In this document: one piece after another, positions 53,894-64,000 of the stretch
Position numbering within the stretch: position 1 is the stretch's first letter
Layout of the letters: each line of letters opens with the position of its first letter
Source of the DNA: a virus
Virus genome (UHGV): UHGV-0307316
Length of the DNA: 64,000 nt
Strand: one strand, 5' to 3'
Position numbers and translations under genes: made by a program
Notes under the pieces: model-generated
The model's database searches: none
Seen by the model: the letters and a program-made list of their open reading frames with translations, nothing else
Told to the model about the DNA's origin: nothing

Positions 53894-54994
53894 TTATTCG
53901 TAGTCTCGAATAACGAGACCAACAGGGAACTGTAAAGAACCCTTACGAGTCATCTTCTGGAACTGAACCGTTAAAGGTTTCCCGATAAACTCTTCAGGAT
54001 GCTCAGCAAGATACTGTTTCTTCTCGTGTGTAGTTTTCCATGAAACATCTACAAAGACGTTAGGAAGAGTCTCTACAACGAACTTACCATGACCACGCTT
54101 ATCAGTCTTTACACCAGTCACTTTAAACTCTTCAGTGTGCATCTTCTTGTGCTTAATCAAGAAGTATGAACGGTGACCACACTCATAGAAAGATTCTTCA
54201 GAGATTGAACGGTACATTGCACCTTCAAACTTAGCTTCAACCCACTTATCATGAGCTTCATCAAACTCTTCCCAAGAATTTACACGGATAGTCTGTACAG
54301 GAACAACTCTACAGGTATCCCCAAGCTCAACAATAGGTGAGTTATCAATAACTTCACGACGCTCAGGCCAAGATTTTGAATTGTCACAGATATCATACCA
54401 GTAGAATTTAAGAAGGTGACGGTCTGGATTGTCAGCATTCTTAATCATAGATACAATATCTTCTAAGTCCCAACCATGAGCATAAATCTCTCCGTCAAAG
54501 TCTTCAACTTGCGGATGTAATTTAAGCAACAAAAGCAAATCTGGGATTAGTTCTGTTGGAACGTTGTAAACAGTATTCTCACGAGAATAAGCTGTGAAAC
54601 TGACTGAATCAGCATCTCTTGAGATTCTACAACGTACACCATCAAGTTTTGGTTGAGCATCAGCAGGGAACTTCAGATACTTTGCATGACTAACCTTTGC
54701 AGCATCATGAGCAAGCTGTACACCTACCTTCTCAGTATTCTGTGCAGACTCTTTTGTGTAAGCATAACCTTTACGGTCAACTTGCTTTTTATACTTAGCA
54801 GCAACTTCAAAGAGAGCTTGCTGTTCAGCGTTACGCTCATTCTTTTTACCGATGTTCTTAGGCTCTGCTGTATACTCTTCAAACATCATCTTGCCATTCT
54901 CTTTACCATAGGTTGTAATAACTTTGTCACCTACAGCAACACATGACCAGACGTTGAAGGAACCATCTTTATTTTGTTTGTACAGAATTGTCAT
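53894..54994 (-). CDS. ATP-dependent DNA ligase
   Basis: Adenylation motif I KLDGVR, motif IV FEGAMYR, motif V LIKHKK; start moved to ATG 54994 with AGAGG RBS. Confidence 0.8.
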   Translation of the reverse strand: MTILYKQNKDGSFNVWSCVAVGDKVITTYGKENGKMMFEEYTAEPKNIGKKNERNAEQQALFEVAAKYKKQVDRKGYAYTKESAQNTEKVGVQLAHDAAKVSHAKYLKFPADAQPKLDGVRCRISRDADSVSFTAYSRENTVYNVPTELIPDLLLLLKLHPQVEDFDGEIYAHGWDLEDIVSMIKNADNPDRHLLKFYWYDICDNSKSWPERREVIDNSPIVELGDTCRVVPVQTIRVNSWEEFDEAHDKWVEAKFEGAMYRSISEESFYECGHRSYFLIKHKKMHTEEFKVTGVKTDKRGHGKFVVETLPNVFVDVSWKTTHEKKQYLAEHPEEFIGKPLTVQFQKMTRKGSLQFPVGLVIRDYE

Positions 54995-55187
54995 TTTTAA
55001 CCTCTGAGTGATACCAAGTATTGCAAGCATTACATGCGTAAAGCTCTAAGTCATTTTTATCTGGTTTGTGGAAACAGTTTGACCCACAACGACACCGGAA
55101 TAGCTTACCATCAACACGAAGAATGAATGTTTCAAGCTCACCATCTTCTGTAAGAACTGCGTTCTTAAATTTATCTTCTACAGTCAT
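54969..55187 (-). CDS. zinc-ribbon protein
   Basis: CRCGSNC ... CNAC motif. Confidence 0.45.
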   Translation of the reverse strand: MTVEDKFKNAVLTEDGELETFILRVDGKLFRCRCGSNCFHKPDKNDLELYACNACNTWYHSEVKNDNSVQTK

Positions 55188-55390
55188 TTTCTCTTACCAC
55201 CAATCTCTACGTCGATAACTTGAACATCGCCAGCAACATCAAACTTATGAATGATGCTTTCCACAGTGTAAGTCCAACCCTCAATGCGAACCAACTCACC
55301 TTCTCGTGGGACGATTGGATTACGTTGAGCTACGGTTGTAGTGGAGTGAACAACATCATAACAATAGATGTAGTTTACTAAGACTTCCAT
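55184..55390 (-). CDS. hypothetical protein
   Basis: ORF track 55184-55489; internal ATG at 55390 with GTGAGG RBS avoids overlap with lipoprotein gene. Confidence 0.4.
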   Translation of the reverse strand: MEVLVNYIYCYDVVHSTTTVAQRNPIVPREGELVRIEGWTYTVESIIHKFDVAGDVQVIDVEIGGKRK

Positions 55391-55400
55391 CGTGAAAACC

Positions 55401-55670
55401 TCACTCAATAACCGTAGTGTGTGATTGACCATTTTTGCCATAGCTATAAGATGTTGTTGTTTGGGAGTTTGGACATCTGACAACAACAATATCTCTGCTT
55501 ATAGCATCACCATGTAACTTGTATACTCTGCAATCTTGCATCTCTGGTGGGAGACTGTAAGAAGCATTTTTATCTTCATAAGAAGGGTTGCAGCCAGATA
55601 GAAAAACAACACCAAGCGCAATTACTGCTTTCCACATAATACTTCCCCAGAGACTGTACATTTTCTTCAT
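55401..55670 (-). CDS. lipoprotein
   Basis: Signal peptide ending in lipobox LSGC. Confidence 0.5.
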   Translation of the reverse strand: MKKMYSLWGSIMWKAVIALGVVFLSGCNPSYEDKNASYSLPPEMQDCRVYKLHGDAISRDIVVVRCPNSQTTTSYSYGKNGQSHTTVIE

Positions 55671-55900
55671 AGCAACTCCAGAATATCAATACGTTCACCT
55701 TTGAGTACTCCAGTACGGTCTTTTGCAATCTTACCGTCAACAATAAGAATGTGTGCAGACCTTAAAGTGTCGCTGTTAAAGGCTTTTACGAACTTGCTAG
55801 GCATCACTACAATACACATCTCCTGAATCAACTCTGGAGTATAGCAATTGTCGTGAAGTTGCTGAATAACGTCTGCAAGTGTCATTTTTGATGTCTCCAA
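55667..55900 (-). CDS. hypothetical protein
   Basis: ORF. Confidence 0.45.
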   Translation of the reverse strand: METSKMTLADVIQQLHDNCYTPELIQEMCIVVMPSKFVKAFNSDTLRSAHILIVDGKIAKDRTGVLKGERIDILELL

Positions 55901-56091
55901 TATTCAATATCTACAAGTTCTTGTGCAATGCTTTTAAGGTTACTTTTGAGGAAAACTTTCTCACCACCAGACAGGGAAGTGTTATCAATGAGTCTATTCA
56001 TTCTCTCAAACAACTTCTGCTTACGGTTCTTGATAGTTTCCTTTGAAGCACCTTTCATCATCGCTGCATGGGTTCTTCCACGGTGACTCAT
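55882..56091 (-). CDS. hypothetical protein
   Basis: ORF. Confidence 0.45.
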   Translation of the reverse strand: MSHRGRTHAAMMKGASKETIKNRKQKLFERMNRLIDNTSLSGGEKVFLKSNLKSIAQELVDIEYWRHQK

Positions 56092-56142
56092 AAGCCCTCC
56101 TATATAAGATATAGTATAAGGTACTCTTCCATGAGCACCTTG

Positions 56143-56658
56143 TCAACTTAGTTTTGCAAACTCTCCGTGGAGTTTTACAGCAGCTTCACAGTAAGCTTTA
56201 TGGGCTTCTTCTTCCGTTGTGTATGTTCCTATATGTATAGTCTTACCATTATGGTTAATCTGGGCTACCCACTTACCAGACTTGCTTCTACTTGTGCCTT
56301 TTAAGTTTTTTGATGTTCTAGGTTGTCTCCTATTAGACATGTTCTGTTCTTTTGTGGCCTCTCTTAAATTGTTCCAAGCGTTATTCAAGCCATCTCCATC
56401 TTTGTGGTCAATGTGTTTATCAGGCCACTTGCCTGTCATCCAGAACCAAGCAATTCGGTGATTACCTGTCCTGTATCCTAAAATCTGTGTGTGCATATAC
56501 ACACCAGACCTTGTGCGCTTAATTGCTCCGGCTTGGCTTCCAATAACCACCCTACTACTATGTGGAGGTCTACCAATCCATGTTAAGACCCCTGTTTCGG
56601 GGTCATAATCTAACCAAGACTTTAACTGTTCATGTGTGAATCCACAATCTCTCATCAA
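56143..56658 (-). CDS. HNH homing endonuclease with AP2-like DNA-binding domain
   Basis: HIDHKDGDGLNNAWNNLR HNH motif; C-terminal GKWVAQINHNGKTIHIGTYTTEEEAHKAY AP2-like motif. Confidence 0.75.
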   Translation of the reverse strand: MMRDCGFTHEQLKSWLDYDPETGVLTWIGRPPHSSRVVIGSQAGAIKRTRSGVYMHTQILGYRTGNHRIAWFWMTGKWPDKHIDHKDGDGLNNAWNNLREATKEQNMSNRRQPRTSKNLKGTSRSKSGKWVAQINHNGKTIHIGTYTTEEEAHKAYCEAAVKLHGEFAKLS

Positions 56659-59354
56659 TGTACCTCATACCAGCTCTTACCAACCTTACCTGTGCCAGTT
56701 ACAAGCGTCTCACTCTTCAAACCTAAATTCTTAGATGCCTGACCATACATCCAGTCAGTTATGGCTTTAACTTCTTGAGTCATACTTTCTGGGCATTCCC
56801 AACTGTTTTCATCGTGGTATGCCAGCAAAAGCCTAGCACCGATTGCTGGTTTTCGTCCATTTAATTTTGTCAATCCTTCTTCACATGCTCTTCTACAAGC
56901 AAGATTAATTGCCTCATTTTGAATCTGAGCCTCTGAACCCATGAGCAAATAATTCAATAACTTATGTGGAGATTTACACCACAACCAAGCTCCAGCAACC
57001 TTTACAAAACCACCTTTAGAGATTGCAGCAGTCTTACCAAATACCTCTTCAAGTGCCTTTTTAGTTGCTTTGTAGTCAGCTTCCAAGTCATCTAGCAGCT
57101 TTTTAATTTTAGGCAAACGAATAAAGTAAGTCTGTTTAGTCAGCGCACCTTCCTGAGTAGTTGCAGCTTTAATCGTCTTAGCAAACTTCTCATCACCTGC
57201 ACCGAACAGCAGTGCATAGATACCATTCTTAGCTTTCTTACGACCCTTGCTAATCTCATGAAGAAGATTCTCATCCTGAGTAGCTCGACAAGTCAAGATG
57301 TCCTGCTCATCGTTCAAGTTAAAGTAAATACTGTTCAGTGTATGTGCATCAGTCCCTGAATAGACAACGTACAGGTCATTCTCAGAGTCATAGCGAAGGT
57401 ACTTATCAATCTCTGGGTTGAGGTACTCATCAAAGTGTTTACAGTAATAGCGTCCATCTTCTTGACGAATGAACTCAATTTCTTCTTTACCTTGCGTTAC
57501 CGCTTTGGTGAAGTCTTTATCACCCATAAAGTTACAAAGAAGAACTAGCTGGGCTGAGTTCATGTCTACAGAGACAACGTTAGTACCTTCCTCACAAATC
57601 CACACTGCCCTCATTGGTTCCCCATAGACAGCAGCACCAGACGGTACGTTTACAATACCATACTGTGTCATACGTCCAGTTGAAGTACCAAACACCATTG
57701 CACCAGCACTAAGGCGACCATCAGGACGAATCTGGTTCAACCAACCTTTTTCATCATCCTTTGAGTTCTCAATAGTTCTGCGTCGGTGCATCAAAGTGTA
57801 GTATTTAGCAATCTTCTGTCCAAGCTCACCTTCAATCGTATCGTAAGATGATTCAGTAAGTTTTGGTGAAGTACGGATTAAGCAAGGCTCAAGCAAATCT
57901 GTGTACTTCTTCACAGACCAGTTATGCTCAATGTACTGGACGCCTTCGTGTTCAACATAACTCAAACCACACCGCTCAACCATTTCCTGCCACTTAGGAT
58001 GCTTTGTAATCATCTTTTTATTGTCTTTGAAACGACAAACTTTGACAGGGCGACCATCAGAGTCTTTCTTGTAGTTCCAGTCATCTGGAATCCAACCAAC
58101 TGATTTCAAGTAGTCTTTAACAACTGCTACCTGAGTCATACGAGAAACTTCAAACTCAATTGGTGTATATGGTGCATCAATCAAACCTGTGTAGCGACTT
58201 GACTCAAGTTCAAAGTGGTTAACAACGTGGCTGTTATAGTACTTCACAGTTTTGACTGTTTTTACTGGCTTCCAGTCTTTGCATTTCTTACCAATCTTTG
58301 CGTTCAACTCATTGCAAATTGCACGAGCATCCTTCATTGCTACAAAGCCTTCCTTGTACTCTTCACCAGTTACAGAGTTGGTTGGTGTATAGCAATTCCT
58401 TTTTTCAATGTTAAAAATCTTTGTAGTTGGCTTACCAAATGGTTTGATTTCGTATGTCTGCATCTCGCCATTACGTACCTGCTGACGATACTTTGTCTTA
58501 GGGTACTTGGTAATTCTTTTCAGTCCATCTGCATGACCAAATGTTTCAACATACTCATTCCAAGCTTTTGCAAACTCTTCTCCAGTGACTTTACCTTTGG
58601 TCTTAATAGTTGGAGGTAGATGTGGTTCAACCTCTGAAGCAAGCTCATTAGTCAACTTGTCAAGTTCCTTTACATGGAACTCCATAAGCTCTTTATCAGC
58701 TTTCCAACCATTGATAGCTTGTTGACTCATCCAGAAAGATGTTTCTTTAGCTCGCATGTAGGTTTCATAAGTGTCTATGCCACACTTCTTAAGCTTGAGA
58801 TACTCATTATCAAGTGCCCGTTTAGTTTTGGCGTTAATACGGATATCTTCTACAACACGAGTGAAGATTTCTGCATTCCACACACCCCAATGTTCAATCT
58901 CTGGTTTACGAACACCAACACGAGCACCCCATGCAGCCAAGCCATGAGCACCTTTATAACCCTTTGGAGTTGGTCTATCCATCCACTGAACACGAGACTG
59001 GATAAGAGAATCCTGAAAGAAATTACTCCACGGCTTACACTTTGGATTATCAAAGTTCCATAAATCCGGTGCAATGTGATTGAAAACCCACCAGTCATAA
59101 CCTAGACCATTATGAATGCAAAGACGTTTTGCCTTTAACGCAAACTCAATACCTTCACGTAAGCCACCCTTAATGTACTTGGTATACTTGTGACCGAGGA
59201 TAGGCTCATCTGTAAAGACCCATACAGGTGGCTCTTCATCGTCAGATTTATAGTCTGCGAAAGCCATTACGTGCACTTTAGTGAACTCAAGGAGTAAACC
59301 ATCAGTTTCTGTATCACCAACTAAATGTAAGTTTTTAAAATCTACGTTTTCCAT
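56655..59354 (-). CDS. DNA polymerase, family A, with 3'-5' exonuclease domain
   Basis: Exo I VGDTETDGL; polymerase motif B-like KNGIYALLFGAG and motif C YHDE; start moved to ATG 59354 with GAGGGAG RBS. Confidence 0.8.
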   Translation of the reverse strand: MENVDFKNLHLVGDTETDGLLLEFTKVHVMAFADYKSDDEEPPVWVFTDEPILGHKYTKYIKGGLREGIEFALKAKRLCIHNGLGYDWWVFNHIAPDLWNFDNPKCKPWSNFFQDSLIQSRVQWMDRPTPKGYKGAHGLAAWGARVGVRKPEIEHWGVWNAEIFTRVVEDIRINAKTKRALDNEYLKLKKCGIDTYETYMRAKETSFWMSQQAINGWKADKELMEFHVKELDKLTNELASEVEPHLPPTIKTKGKVTGEEFAKAWNEYVETFGHADGLKRITKYPKTKYRQQVRNGEMQTYEIKPFGKPTTKIFNIEKRNCYTPTNSVTGEEYKEGFVAMKDARAICNELNAKIGKKCKDWKPVKTVKTVKYYNSHVVNHFELESSRYTGLIDAPYTPIEFEVSRMTQVAVVKDYLKSVGWIPDDWNYKKDSDGRPVKVCRFKDNKKMITKHPKWQEMVERCGLSYVEHEGVQYIEHNWSVKKYTDLLEPCLIRTSPKLTESSYDTIEGELGQKIAKYYTLMHRRRTIENSKDDEKGWLNQIRPDGRLSAGAMVFGTSTGRMTQYGIVNVPSGAAVYGEPMRAVWICEEGTNVVSVDMNSAQLVLLCNFMGDKDFTKAVTQGKEEIEFIRQEDGRYYCKHFDEYLNPEIDKYLRYDSENDLYVVYSGTDAHTLNSIYFNLNDEQDILTCRATQDENLLHEISKGRKKAKNGIYALLFGAGDEKFAKTIKAATTQEGALTKQTYFIRLPKIKKLLDDLEADYKATKKALEEVFGKTAAISKGGFVKVAGAWLWCKSPHKLLNYLLMGSEAQIQNEAINLACRRACEEGLTKLNGRKPAIGARLLLAYHDENSWECPESMTQEVKAITDWMYGQASKNLGLKSETLVTGTGKVGKSWYEVH

Positions 59355-59611
59355 TTTTACTCCCTCTAAAATCATTAACCTCATACATTACTGCAAAAAA
59401 TTATAAAAAGCAAGTTGACAATGCACTTGACAAGGTGTTAATCTTTGCGAAGTGGGTTTTTACTTAAAAGGTTACTTAACAGTTTAACTATACAGATACT
59501 TTAAATCTCTTAAAAGATTATTTAATAGCTTTTAAAAAGCTTTAAAGTATAACGTATAGAATACGTTAAGATAAAAGATTAAAACTTAATAGTTACTTAA
59601 AAGAGGCTTAC

Positions 59612-60034
59612 ATGCAGAAAATGTTTGTTCACCCAGACATAGCTGACTTTGTTAGAGCTTTGCAGAAGTTGGAAGAACTTGACATTGCTGCTCAACGGGA
59701 ATATGCTCACCATCACAGGAGAATGGTTGATATACAACATGAAATAGAGTTGTCTGAAAACTATGAAGATGACTTAAAATGCTCTGTATTTGAGCATATG
59801 AAAGATGTTGCTACAGCAAGACGTAAAGCTAAAGACACAGTTGCTTTACTGGATTCTCTTAAAAAGAGGTTGCAAAGTGGTACAGACCTGTGTAATCTAG
59901 CGTCACTGATTAACGATGTTGAAACTTCTTGGGATAGGCACTATTATCCACGTTCTGAAAAGACACTTGACTTTTCTTCATCAGAAAACTTAAAATGTTC
60001 TAGAAAGAAACTTAACCAACTGAGAGAGAAATAA
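59612..60034 (+). CDS. hypothetical protein
   Basis: ORF after AT-rich promoter region. Confidence 0.5.
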   Translation: MQKMFVHPDIADFVRALQKLEELDIAAQREYAHHHRRMVDIQHEIELSENYEDDLKCSVFEHMKDVATARRKAKDTVALLDSLKKRLQSGTDLCNLASLINDVETSWDRHYYPRSEKTLDFSSSENLKCSRKKLNQLREK

Positions 60035-60035
60035 T

Positions 60036-60848
60036 ATGAATATCAATGTGGAACAGATGCTTGAAGAGAAAGGTGTTGATGAAGCATTCTTAATCAATGC
60101 CGTAGAAAGCATGGCTATGATTCTTCGTGGAAATAACTACACAGAACAGTTTATGCCTGCAAGCTACAACTTACCTGAAGACAAGTCTGATAGTAGTGCT
60201 TTTGCAGAGCAGGTTAATATGATGCTGTGTGACAAAACGCTTGCTTTAGCATCTATCGTTGTAGGTGTCGATGCTCTTGCAGAGTTCATTTTTTATGAGA
60301 TGCAGAAAAATGACTATATTGCCATGACATCTGAAGAAAAAGACTCGCTGCTGCTCTTAGATAATGATGAGCTAGTTGGCCTGTTAATTTCTTCAACGAG
60401 TGCTGTTATGGCTGCTCTTGAGAAGCGTATGAATGAGAAGTTGTCACGGTATGAAAAACTTGATTGGGGCGTAGAAGAATTAAACCCACGAATCAAAGAG
60501 ATTATCCAGCAAACCAAAGCTTCTTTGGAAGAAGCTGTGAAAGATGATTATGTAGCTGGCATAGAACCACTACAGGTGAAAGTTGCATTGATGATGCCAG
60601 CTATCTCTACGATGATGAATATCGTTGCATTAATCCAGCTTTCACAGATGATGGGTACAACCATCGAGTTCATTGAGAGTATGACTGGTGGTGTCAGTAT
60701 GCAAGCAATCAATGATGTTTTGGTGAGCATTGGAGCTTCAATCATTGAAGAGAAACTGCGCATTAACTTTGGTGACGATTTTGTGAAGCAAATCGCAGCT
60801 ATGGCTGAAAAAGAACACTCACAGATTACCACTGAACAACTGCACTGA
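60036..60848 (+). CDS. hypothetical protein
   Basis: ORF; terminator at 60868-60890. Confidence 0.55.
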   Translation: MNINVEQMLEEKGVDEAFLINAVESMAMILRGNNYTEQFMPASYNLPEDKSDSSAFAEQVNMMLCDKTLALASIVVGVDALAEFIFYEMQKNDYIAMTSEEKDSLLLLDNDELVGLLISSTSAVMAALEKRMNEKLSRYEKLDWGVEELNPRIKEIIQQTKASLEEAVKDDYVAGIEPLQVKVALMMPAISTMMNIVALIQLSQMMGTTIEFIESMTGGVSMQAINDVLVSIGASIIEEKLRINFGDDFVKQIAAMAEKEHSQITTEQLH

Positions 60849-60867
60849 GTTTTTATAAATATTACAA

Positions 60868-60890
60868 GCCTCCTTAGTTGGGGGCTTTTT
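60868..60890 (+). terminator. rho-independent terminator
   Basis: GCCTCC-TTAGTT-GGGGGC followed by TTTTT. Confidence 0.6.
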
Positions 60891-60909
60891 AGTAATTAAG
60901 GGAGATAGA

Positions 60910-61653
60910 ATGAGTAATATTATCGCATTTACTGGAAAGGCACGCTCTGGAAAAGACACCTCATGTTCTATTGTGAAGAACATCTTAGAGGATGAGTACG
61001 GCTACAATGTTGCTGTAATGGCCTTTGCAGACAACCTTAAAATGTCTGCATCAAAGATATTTGACCTGACTTGGAATGACCTGTATGGTGAAACTAAAGA
61101 GACTCCACAGGTATTTGACTTATCATATCCTGAACTGATGTTTAAAGTTACGGAAGCTATGGAGTTCACCTTCAGAGATGAACGTTACCATATGGACTTC
61201 AAGCTTATGTCAGAGTTAACCGGACGATTAATCATGGAGCTTAAGAAGGTTGCTAAACCTACCCTATTAACACGTCTGGGATTTAGTAAAAAGTATAAAT
61301 TCTCATCAAGACAAATTCAACAGATTTGGGGTACTGAAGTTGTCCGTAAAGTAATGGGCGACAAGTTCTGGTCTAAAGACCTTGAAAAAAGAATGGTTAG
61401 ATTCCATGAAATGTGCTCACTTAGAAATCAATATGGTTTTGTCTTAATCAGTGATTTAAGATTTGACTCTGAAGCTGAATGGCTGAGTAGATTTGCACAC
61501 CAAACTATTGAAGTAAAAAGAGACAATGTGGACAAAGTTTCATCACATGTTTCAGAAAATGGGATTTCTACAAAATATGAGCGTGACATTATTCATAATA
61601 ATGGTACTCTTGCAGACCTTGAGAACAAGCTAAGAGCCATCATTAAAGTTTAA
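60910..61653 (+). CDS. deoxynucleoside monophosphate kinase-like P-loop kinase
   Basis: N-terminal IIAFTGKARSGKDT P-loop resembling T4 gp1 dNMP kinase. Confidence 0.55.
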   Translation: MSNIIAFTGKARSGKDTSCSIVKNILEDEYGYNVAVMAFADNLKMSASKIFDLTWNDLYGETKETPQVFDLSYPELMFKVTEAMEFTFRDERYHMDFKLMSELTGRLIMELKKVAKPTLLTRLGFSKKYKFSSRQIQQIWGTEVVRKVMGDKFWSKDLEKRMVRFHEMCSLRNQYGFVLISDLRFDSEAEWLSRFAHQTIEVKRDNVDKVSSHVSENGISTKYERDIIHNNGTLADLENKLRAIIKV

Positions 61654-61661
61654 AAGAGAGA

Positions 61662-61862
61662 ATGAAGATGAGAGTAAAAGACAATTTTAAAGTTATTGAC
61701 CACCGTTTAGTGGAACTCTCATCTCTTTCCAATGAGGTAATGATTGAACGTCTTAAGAGAGTTGAATCACGAAGGAAAGAGATTGCAGATGAAATTCATG
61801 AACTGGACAAGATTGAAAATGGATTGAAGGCAGAACTACAACGAAGAGGTGCTAATGTCTAA
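61662..61862 (+). CDS. hypothetical small protein
   Basis: ORF. Confidence 0.4.
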   Translation: MKMRVKDNFKVIDHRLVELSSLSNEVMIERLKRVESRRKEIADEIHELDKIENGLKAELQRRGANV

Positions 61863-63840
61863 AGGTCGTAAATTGAAAGAGGCTGGTCAGTTTGTTGGTC
61901 ATTGCGCATGTCCACGTTGTGGTTCATCAGATGCTGGTTCAATCTATCATCATGACGATGATTCTTATTCAATGACTTGCTTTAGTTGTAACAAAGGTTT
62001 CCCAGAGTGGGATTTTGATAAAGGACAAATTGTGAGCACTTATTCTACTGGTTCAGACAATAAAAACCGTACTTTCCGTGGAATGGATTTAGACGATGTA
62101 AAAGAAAACCTAGAAGCAATGGACTTGAAAGATAGGAAGATTCCTGCAAAAGTCCTTGAACGCTTAGGTATCAAGGTTGACATTGACAGTGATGGTGAAA
62201 TTGACGCGCATTTCTATCCAACTTACAAACGTAATGAAGATGGTAAGCTAGAGCACGTTGGCTACCGTGTTCGTCACCGTTACCCAGAAGACCATCCAAA
62301 AGAACACCTACGAGGTAAGTTAAAAGACTTTTCTGGTGGTGTTGGAGACATTAAAGGTGAACTGGCAATGTTCGGTTCATGGATTGCTCCAGAAGGTGGT
62401 AACCGTCTATTCATCTGGGAAGGTGAGATGGAATGTGCGACAGCAATCTATATGACTTCTCTTGCGATTAAGGATAAATCTCGTCGTAAGAATTACTGTC
62501 ACGTATCTGTTCCATCAGGTGCAAACATCAAGTCTATCAAAGATAACTATCAGTACATTACATCATTTGATGAGATTTACTTGTGCTTTGATAACGATGA
62601 AGCAGGTGCTAAAGCCACTAAAGATGCTGCTGGTATCCTACCTATTGAGAAGGTTCGTTTATTCCAGTATCCAGAAGGCGTAAAAGACCTTAACGAGTGG
62701 TGGACAAAGTTCTATAAAGAGAAAGACACAGTTCTGGAAGGATTTAAGCAGCGTATCTACAATGCACCTCGTTACTGTCCTGCTGGTATCAAGAACTTTG
62801 CAGATGGTTTTGAGGCAATGAAGAATCGTGGTCAGATTCCATTGATTCCTTTCCCAGAATCTTTCGGAGATTTGAACAGGCTGACTTATGGTGGTTACGG
62901 TTTAGGTGAGATTACAACTATTGCAGCACCATCTTCAGTAGGTAAGTCAGCTTACACTCGTGAGATGATTTATTCAGCTTGGAAAGAAACTGATTATAAT
63001 ATCGGTGTAATTCCTGTAGAAGATACTTACGAAGAACTTATGGAAATGCTCTGTGCAATCCACCTGAGCAAGCAGATTTCTGAGATTCCTTATGATGAAC
63101 GGGATTGGGATGAATTAAAAGGAGCACACGCAGAACTATCTAAAGGCCGTCGTATCCATATCGTTGACCATCAAGGGGCAATTGACCAAGATAACCTGCT
63201 AGAGTTTGTTGACTATCTTGTTAACAGTTTAGACTGTAAGATTATCATTCTTGACCCTATCACGTTAGCCCTGTCACGTTCTGATACGGATGAAGAAGAA
63301 GTTTTGTCTGAGCTATTGCGTCGTTGCAAACGCTACCAGTATGCGCAGGTAAACGTATGTCACGTTCGTAAGAGTGCAGGTGGTCAGAAAGCTAACTCTG
63401 AAGGTGGAGATATCTCTGAAGAGGATATTAAAGGTTCTGGTGCGTATTTCCAGATTTCTATGAACAACATTCTGTTAATGCGTAACAAGGTTGACCCAGA
63501 CCCTGTTAAGAAAAACTTGACAAAAATCAAGTTAACTAAGTGTCGTCGTCATGGTAAGTCAACAGGTATTGCTGGTCATACTTGGTACAATCCAGATACA
63601 GGACGTCTTATCAAAGCTTCTGGATGTGGTGTTGATATTGATGGTGCAGCAGAAAATATTCGCCAGCAGTTTGGTATTGGTGAAGCTGAAGACCATTACG
63701 ATGACTCTTTGCCACATTATGAGGACGAAGTGTTTGACCGTGAGACTGGTGAAGTCTATACTGAAGAGCAGCGTCAAAGCTCAACGATTCCACCTGTATT
63801 AAGTGAGGATGCAGATGACTGCCCGTTCGAAACTGAGTGA
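61849..63840 (+). CDS. DNA primase/helicase (zinc finger + TOPRIM + SF4 helicase)
   Basis: CPRCGS...CFSC zinc motif; TOPRIM EGEME and DNDEAG; Walker A AAPSSVGKSA; Walker B IIILDP. Confidence 0.8.
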   Translation: MLMSKGRKLKEAGQFVGHCACPRCGSSDAGSIYHHDDDSYSMTCFSCNKGFPEWDFDKGQIVSTYSTGSDNKNRTFRGMDLDDVKENLEAMDLKDRKIPAKVLERLGIKVDIDSDGEIDAHFYPTYKRNEDGKLEHVGYRVRHRYPEDHPKEHLRGKLKDFSGGVGDIKGELAMFGSWIAPEGGNRLFIWEGEMECATAIYMTSLAIKDKSRRKNYCHVSVPSGANIKSIKDNYQYITSFDEIYLCFDNDEAGAKATKDAAGILPIEKVRLFQYPEGVKDLNEWWTKFYKEKDTVLEGFKQRIYNAPRYCPAGIKNFADGFEAMKNRGQIPLIPFPESFGDLNRLTYGGYGLGEITTIAAPSSVGKSAYTREMIYSAWKETDYNIGVIPVEDTYEELMEMLCAIHLSKQISEIPYDERDWDELKGAHAELSKGRRIHIVDHQGAIDQDNLLEFVDYLVNSLDCKIIILDPITLALSRSDTDEEEVLSELLRRCKRYQYAQVNVCHVRKSAGGQKANSEGGDISEEDIKGSGAYFQISMNNILLMRNKVDPDPVKKNLTKIKLTKCRRHGKSTGIAGHTWYNPDTGRLIKASGCGVDIDGAAENIRQQFGIGEAEDHYDDSLPHYEDEVFDRETGEVYTEEQRQSSTIPPVLSEDADDCPFETE

Positions 63841-64000
63841 TAGTTATAAAAGAGAGGGGTTCACACCATTCTTTGAAGAAAAAAGTTTAAATAAATTTCA
63901 GGAAGAGTGTTTGACAAAGATTGATAGGTTCTATAGAATGCTCCACATGAAATGCGATGGAGAAGTTGAAATAGAACAACAGTTCCATCAAAGTATGATT

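Overview
The window reads as a contiguous segment of a virulent tailed dsDNA phage genome (AT-rich, contractile-tail type). No integrase, rRNA or CRISPR array was found. It has five transcription blocks: (1) 1-7250 (+), about 18 small early genes, each behind its own sigma70-like promoter cassette; (2) 7330-8880, a 1.6 kb non-coding iteron-rich region flanked by convergent terminators, a candidate origin; (3) 8926-16570 (-), small genes including a GH24 endolysin and tandem paralogs carrying Ig-like repeats; (4) 16799-48422 (+), a vWA/MIDAS protein, a roughly 5.6 kb tRNA array (about 25 plausible tRNAs plus several aberrant tRNA-like RNAs and one HNH endonuclease), then the structural module from terminase to two His-rich tail fibers; (5) 48459-59384 (-) and 59612-64000 (+), DNA metabolism and replication genes. 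The most interesting signal is at 19641-19776: a complete tRNA in circularly permuted order enclosed in a conserved stem, one of four stem-bounded elements with compensatory base changes, 1 kb downstream of the vWA/MIDAS protein. I propose this as a candidate phage Ro60(Rsr)-like protein plus Y-RNA-like tRNA-mimic module; this is a hypothesis from hand folding, not a database hit. All coordinates and folds were done by eye; tRNA ends are +/-3 nt and functional calls rest on remembered motifs.
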